Positions 8,711 to 13,283 of a stretch of DNA of 13,283 nucleotides are shown one piece after another. How positions within the stretch are numbered: position 1 is the first letter of the stretch; the number at the start of each line of letters is the position of its first letter. Below the pieces are notes generated by a model. It was given only the letters and a program-made list of their open reading frames with translations. It was not told where the DNA came from and ran no database searches. The translations under genes and the position numbers were made by a program. Origin of the DNA: Octopus sinensis (lineage: Eukaryota); NCBI RefSeq assembly GCF_006345805.1, contig NW_021826308.1, positions 1 through 13,283 of the forward strand, read 5' to 3'.

Positions 8711-9117
8711 TCTTTTACTTGTGTCAGTCATTCGGTTGCGGCCATGCTAGAGCACCGCCTTGGTGGATATTTAGTCGAATGAATCAACCTTCGTATCTAT
8801 ATATTTAAAACCTGGTACTTATTCTATCGGCCACTGTTGCCAAATCGCTAAATTACAGGTATGTAGACACACCAGTAACAGTTGTCAAGAGGTGGGAGGA
8901 ACACACACACACACACACACACCACACACCACACACGCACACACACATACACACACACATATATATATTCCTTCAGTTTCCGTCTATTAAATCCACTCAC
9001 AAGGCTTTGATTGACCCAAGGCTAAAGCAAAAGACGCTTGTCCCATGTTGCTACGCGGTGGGACTGAACTCAGAACCATGTTGTTGGGAGGCAAACTTCT
9101 TACCACACAGCCACTCC
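8711..9117 (-). mobile_element. Full-length tRNA-derived SINE (family B) with internal (CA)n
   Basis: Minus head ggagtggctgtgtggtaag (A-box 9103-9113, B-box GAGTTCAGTCC 9061-9071), body gccttgtgagtggattt...gacggaaactgaagg, internal (TG)n and tail ggcggtgctctagcatggccgc...acaagtaaaaga. Confidence 0.9.
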
Positions 9118-9175
9118 TGTACCTGTTTGTGTAAACATCTTTTTTGGGGGGATTGATTCTGAACCTATTCTTTCA

Positions 9176-9272
9176 TTCTTTTACTTGTGTCAGTCAGTTG
9201 ACTGTGGCCATACTGGAGCTCCGCCTTTAGTGGAACACATCTACTCCACGACTTATTCTTCGTAAGCCTAGG
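9176..9272 (-). mobile_element. Family B SINE 3' fragment
   Basis: tcttttacttgtgtcagtcagttgactgtggccatactggagctccgcctttag...gacttattcttcgtaagcctag. Confidence 0.85.
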
Positions 9273-9280
9273 AATTATGC

Positions 9281-9292
<12 letters not shown>

Positions 9293-9315
<23 letters not shown>

Positions 9316-9418
9316 CTGTGTGTTTGTGTCTGTGTTTGTCCCCCACCATCGCCTCACATCCGATGCTGCAGCATGGCCACAGTGAAGTGACTGAAACAAA
9401 TAAAAGACTAAAAGAATA
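9293..9418 (+). mobile_element. Family B SINE 3' half with ~120-bp internal deletion
   Basis: (TG)n-tgtgtctgtgtttgtcccccaccatcgc...ccgatgct joined directly to gcagcatggccacagt...gactgaaacaaataaaaga. Confidence 0.85.
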
Positions 9419-9419
9419 C

Positions 9420-9422
9420 ACA

Positions 9423-9462
<40 letters not shown>

Positions 9463-9657
9463 TATTTATATATTTATTTACAGACGCAAACACGCTCACA
9501 CACAAACATGTACACATGCACACATAATACATATATACATACATACATACATGTATACATACATACATGGACACATATATACATGCACACGCACACACAA
9601 ACATATATATATTATATATATAATATAGTATATATACATATACATATATATATCTAT

Positions 9658-9694
<37 letters not shown>

Positions 9695-9768
9695 TATATA
9701 TATATATATATATTATATACACCCATGCATATATGCACACGCACATAATTACATGCATACATAACTAA

Positions 9769-9804
<36 letters not shown>

Positions 9805-9900
9805 TATATATATATATATAATATATATATATATATATTTATATTATGTATAATATATCTATATATATATATGTATGTATGTATTATGTATGTGTGTGTG
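9420..9900. repeat. Compound (CA)n/(TA)n microsatellite field
   Basis: Directly visible. Confidence 0.95.
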
Positions 9901-10010
9901 TATTTAGGTAAGTATTGATGTCCGGCACTTATGCAATCATAAGGCAGCTCGTTGTTCACTTTCGCTATTTTCTATTTTTTTTCTTCTTCTTATTCTTCTT
10001 CTTTGTTCAG

Positions 10011-10198
10011 TTCGCTACAAACATACCGACTCGACTCGCATACATTTAATTCACTTTGCAGACAAGTGTTCCGCAGCTATTTCAAATCTCACAGAGAAAC
10101 ACTTTTCTTTCTCCAAACCAAATTTAGCAGCACCGATCTATATAATACCGAAAACGGATATACCAATCAGTGTCGCTTCCTTGGGTTGGAAGGCGTGG
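10011..10198 (+). CDS. Candidate internal exon (188 nt) of an unidentified host gene; coding status uncertain
   Basis: A ~45-nt near-pure polypyrimidine tract ends ctttgttcAG at 10010, and the donor TGG|GTGAGT starts at 10199. Two frames are open across it (RYKHTDSTRIHLIHFADKC...GWKAW and SLQTYRLDSHTFNSLCRQ...GLEGV). It contains no ATG. Confidence 0.5.
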
Positions 10199-10667
10199 GT
10201 GAGTTCGGTAACAGAATTTACTAATAGCAAAGTCTGCTAGCATAGCAACAAAGCTAATTGTTGCAATGATATTAGAAAGTAGCACAGATGCTAATTCCAG
10301 CAATAGATTTTTACCGATTCAAAGACCTTTACTGGTATCGGAATCAGAACCTCTGTGTAATCTTCTGTGAAATGTAGTATTTTAGAAAAATGTCTAAAGT
10401 CAGTTTTGTGTTAAAGGAAAAAGTTTAGGTTAATAAATGGACGGTTACTTAGAGCAACGAAAACACGTTAGTCAAAGTTTATTTCTGGACTGATTAACAC
10501 ACACCGCTAAATCCATGCAACACAAAATGTCTCTCTCTCATCTTTAACTATTTCTCTCTAAGTCTGTAGTTCTATTATATTTCTATTTCCGTTCTTCTCT
10601 TAGTATCTATATCCTTCCAATCGTCAATCAGTCCGGCTAAGCTATCCATCAACTTCCATGTGTACCG

Positions 10668-10680
10668 TTCTTTCTTTCCT

Positions 10681-10740
<60 letters not shown>

Positions 10741-10805
10741 GTCTCTTTTCTTTCTTTCTTTCTTTCGTTTCTTTCGTCTGTTCTTTCTTTCTTTCTTTCT
10801 TTCTT
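10668..10805. repeat. (CTTT)n tetranucleotide microsatellite
   Basis: Directly visible; source of the KERK/FFLS ORFs. Confidence 0.97.
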
Positions 10806-10904
10806 TGAAAGAACCTAAGAACAAAAGCAAGACACACGCATATACATGCATACATACATTCGTTATGTACAAACATCCATGCATTTACCCATACGTATAC
10901 ATAC

Positions 10905-11060
10905 ACATTATATATCTATTTATCTATCTATCCACCTATCAGTCAGTCTGTCTTTCAGTCTGTCTGCCTGTCTGTCTGTCTGTCTGTTCGTCCGACTGTC
11001 TATCTATCTATCTATCTATCTATCTATCATCTATCTATCTATCTATCTATCTATCTACTA
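10905..11060. repeat. (TCTG)n/(TCTA)n compound microsatellite
   Basis: Directly visible. Confidence 0.95.
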
Positions 11061-11176
11061 TCTTCTATCTAACACTAAGCCACGCGCCCTCATATATATT
11101 ATATATATATATATATATTATATATATATATATATATTATATATATTTGTGGTGGTGTGTGTGTGTGTGTGTGTGT

Positions 11177-11218
11177 GGAGGCTCATGGTCTAGTGGTTAT
11201 ATATAACCACTAGACCAT
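11177..11218 (+). repeat. Truncated SINE head plus perfect 34-bp palindrome (11185-11218)
   Basis: atggtctagtggttata|tataaccactagaccat is exactly self-complementary. ggaggctcatggtctagtggtta resembles the family C head ggaggcgcaatggctagtgtta. Confidence 0.85.
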
Positions 11219-11287
11219 ATATTCGCGCGCGCGTGTGTATTTAACTAGACTAATTGAATAGGGTGTTGCTGAGTTTGAAGAAAAGTC

Positions 11288-11457
11288 CCCGTATACCGAG
11301 TGTATAACCCCGAGACCGAGAGTATAATAATCAGTTTTTGAAAAAAATAAAACAGTGAACTGGTGTCTATTTATTTCAACTCAAATCCTTCAGGGTTGTG
11401 CCCCAGTATGGCCGCACTCCCACGACAGAATCGAATAAATGATCAAAGACAAAAGAG
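11288..11457 (+). mobile_element. Old diverged family B-related SINE 3' half
   Basis: gtccccgta...gagaccgagagtataa...ctggtgtctatttatttcaact...gtgccccagtatggccgcactc parallels the family B body and tail. Confidence 0.6.
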
Positions 11458-12834
11458 AGAAGAAACATATATTTAAGTCTATCATATCATCAAGGTGTAA
11501 ATTTGCTGACTCCGTGTATTTATTCTGCTGTAATTTCAAGATGGCTGAAGCTGTGTACAGGTGCGAGAAGGAATTAAATCAAATGAGAAACAGCTTAAAT
11601 TCGATAATATGACACGAATTACATTTTCTGTCGTTCTCAAGTTAATTTCCTTTTTCTCTGTTCTCTTTGATGGAATATTCAGGTTTAAAAAGCGGAAGTT
11701 CTATAAGCGGTGGCTGATAAGGATGCGCTGTCAACACCTGCTGTAAATTTCGATTTATATATAAGTAAGGCGTTTGAAAATGAATTTAATCACAAACTAG
11801 GGACCAGATAGCTGAAACTAGAAATTTAACATGTTCTCGATTGACGAGAGACAAAATGGGGATTCTTGCGAATTCATTCACACAGTATATTTATTTATAT
11901 GATACACTTGTCTCTAAACAACCATTCCTGGTGTTCAACCGTGTGTTGAAACAGATATTGTGTTTCGGGATGGTATGCCAAATAAACATACGCACTATAT
12001 ATTCGTTCTGCACTCGTTTATTACTGTTCTTATTCTAACTCATGTCCATTGTCCAGAAATCTTTCGTCACACATCTGTGACCTCTTCAGTCACACTTTCA
12101 GTCTTCGTGTATGCTCTTTCTCCGCTCATTCCGTTTTATCTTCTATGATGTGTATCCTTATATACGCCTGCGTTTGCGTCTGCATTTGTGTGTATGTGTG
12201 TGTGTGTCATTGTTCTTTGTAGCACTATGATCCACATCTCGGCCCCATCTCCTCCCCTCAGCCCCGTCCCTTCCGTGTACGTATGCCTATATATTCATAG
12301 ATGTTTGTACATGCGTCATGTAACTTAAGCGAAGGCGTTTATACATCAATATCTGTTAAAGGTTGTATTTAGTACTTTTCTTGCTGTATTGTGTATTTGT
12401 TACATCTTGCATCTGCTATTTGTTATTCATCTTATATAAAAATGAAGCTGCATCATTTAATTTACTGATTTCTATACACAAACGGAGAATATATCTTAAA
12501 GAACAGTCGTAATTTTCACACGACACATCTGTACCGTGAGATACTCCTAAACCAGTTGTTAAATATCGCACCCGTGAAGAATGAATGCTAGATGGATCGA
12601 AACAATTGTAGTGGCTAATAAACATTCTAATATCTTCCATTATCTCTCATTATCAAGTGAAAACGTGATCGGCCAGGCCACCAGATGTTCATATATATCG
12701 CTGATCATGATGCGCTCATCGCGGTTTTCGCTTTCGAATGGTGCCAACCCGGTGGCTCCACGAGCAAGCCAATATATATGCATCCCCCAACACACATACA
12801 TACACACACACACATTGCTTTCAAAGTTTGACTC

Positions 12835-13027
12835 AAGGTCAGTAATTTCAAGGGTGGGTTAAGTCGTTTACAATGATTTTGTTGCTCACGGTGCTAAACT
12901 GATATTTCTTTATACCAATGGATGAAAGGTAAAGTCGACCTCGGCGGAATTTGATCCCAGAACGAAAAGACGAACCAAATTCCGGTGAGCACATTGCTTA
13001 GCATGCTAACGAAGTCTCCCACTTCGC
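12835..13027 (-). mobile_element. Family A-related SINE
   Basis: ggatgaaaggtaaagtcgacctcggcggaatttgatcccagaacg is the reverse complement of the core and B-box. The tail region resembles that of 8042-8500. Confidence 0.85.
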
Positions 13028-13169
13028 TTATATGGTTGAGACCATAGCGGATCTTCTTCTAGCATAAGGGCTTCCACATAGTGGTTAAAAAAATTCCCCC
13101 TTATATTTATGTATGAAATACTATATATGTATATATATGTGTATGTATGTATGTGTGTATGTATGTGTG

Positions 13170-13283
13170 TGTATATGTTTGTGTGCCTGTGTTTGACCGC
13201 CCAACATCGCTTGACCACCGATGGTGCTGTGTTTACGTCCCCGTAACTTAGCGATTGTACAAAAGAGATCCGATAGAATAAGT
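13170..13283 (+). mobile_element. Family B SINE 3' half running off the window end
   Basis: ccaacatcgcttgaccaccgatggtgctgtgtttacgtccccgtaacttagcg...gatagaataagt, preceded by (TG/TA)n. Confidence 0.85.

Noticed and set aside
10642-11206. KERK-, FFLS- and LSIY-repeat ORFs up to 182 aa
   Set aside because: Translations of (CTTT)n, (TCTG)n and (TCTA)n tracts.
11541-11612. Small ORF MAEAVYRCEKELNQMRNSLNSII with aagATGG context
   Set aside because: 23 aa, weak splice signals, no homology recognised.
12640-12783. 47-aa minus ORF MHIYWLARGATGLAPFESENRDERIMISDIYEHLVAWPITFSLDNER
   Set aside because: Protein-like composition but no credible acceptor or donor, preceded by (TG)n, and no known family.

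Overview
AT-rich, microsatellite-dense metazoan genomic DNA that is mostly intronic or intergenic. The repeat repertoire looks like that of Octopus; this is recognition from memory, not a database result. No complete gene is present, and almost all track ORFs are (TA)n/(CA)n/(CTTT)n translation artefacts. The window holds copies or fragments of about four tRNA-derived SINE families, a 5'-truncated CR1/L2-type LINE end (6296-6683) and an R4/Dong-like RLE retrotransposon 3' end stacked with two other elements in (AAT)n tracts (4758-5489). It also holds two copies of a short (TA)n-flanked element carrying a minimal, variant hammerhead-ribozyme motif of the Penelope-associated dimeric type (2787-2821 and 3515-3549), which is the most interesting feature. 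Other oddities are a perfect 34-bp palindrome made by fold-back of a SINE Pol III A-box, head-to-tail SINE concatemers and closely spaced inverted SINE tails. A few candidate + strand exons of an unidentified host gene are present, the best at 10011-10198.
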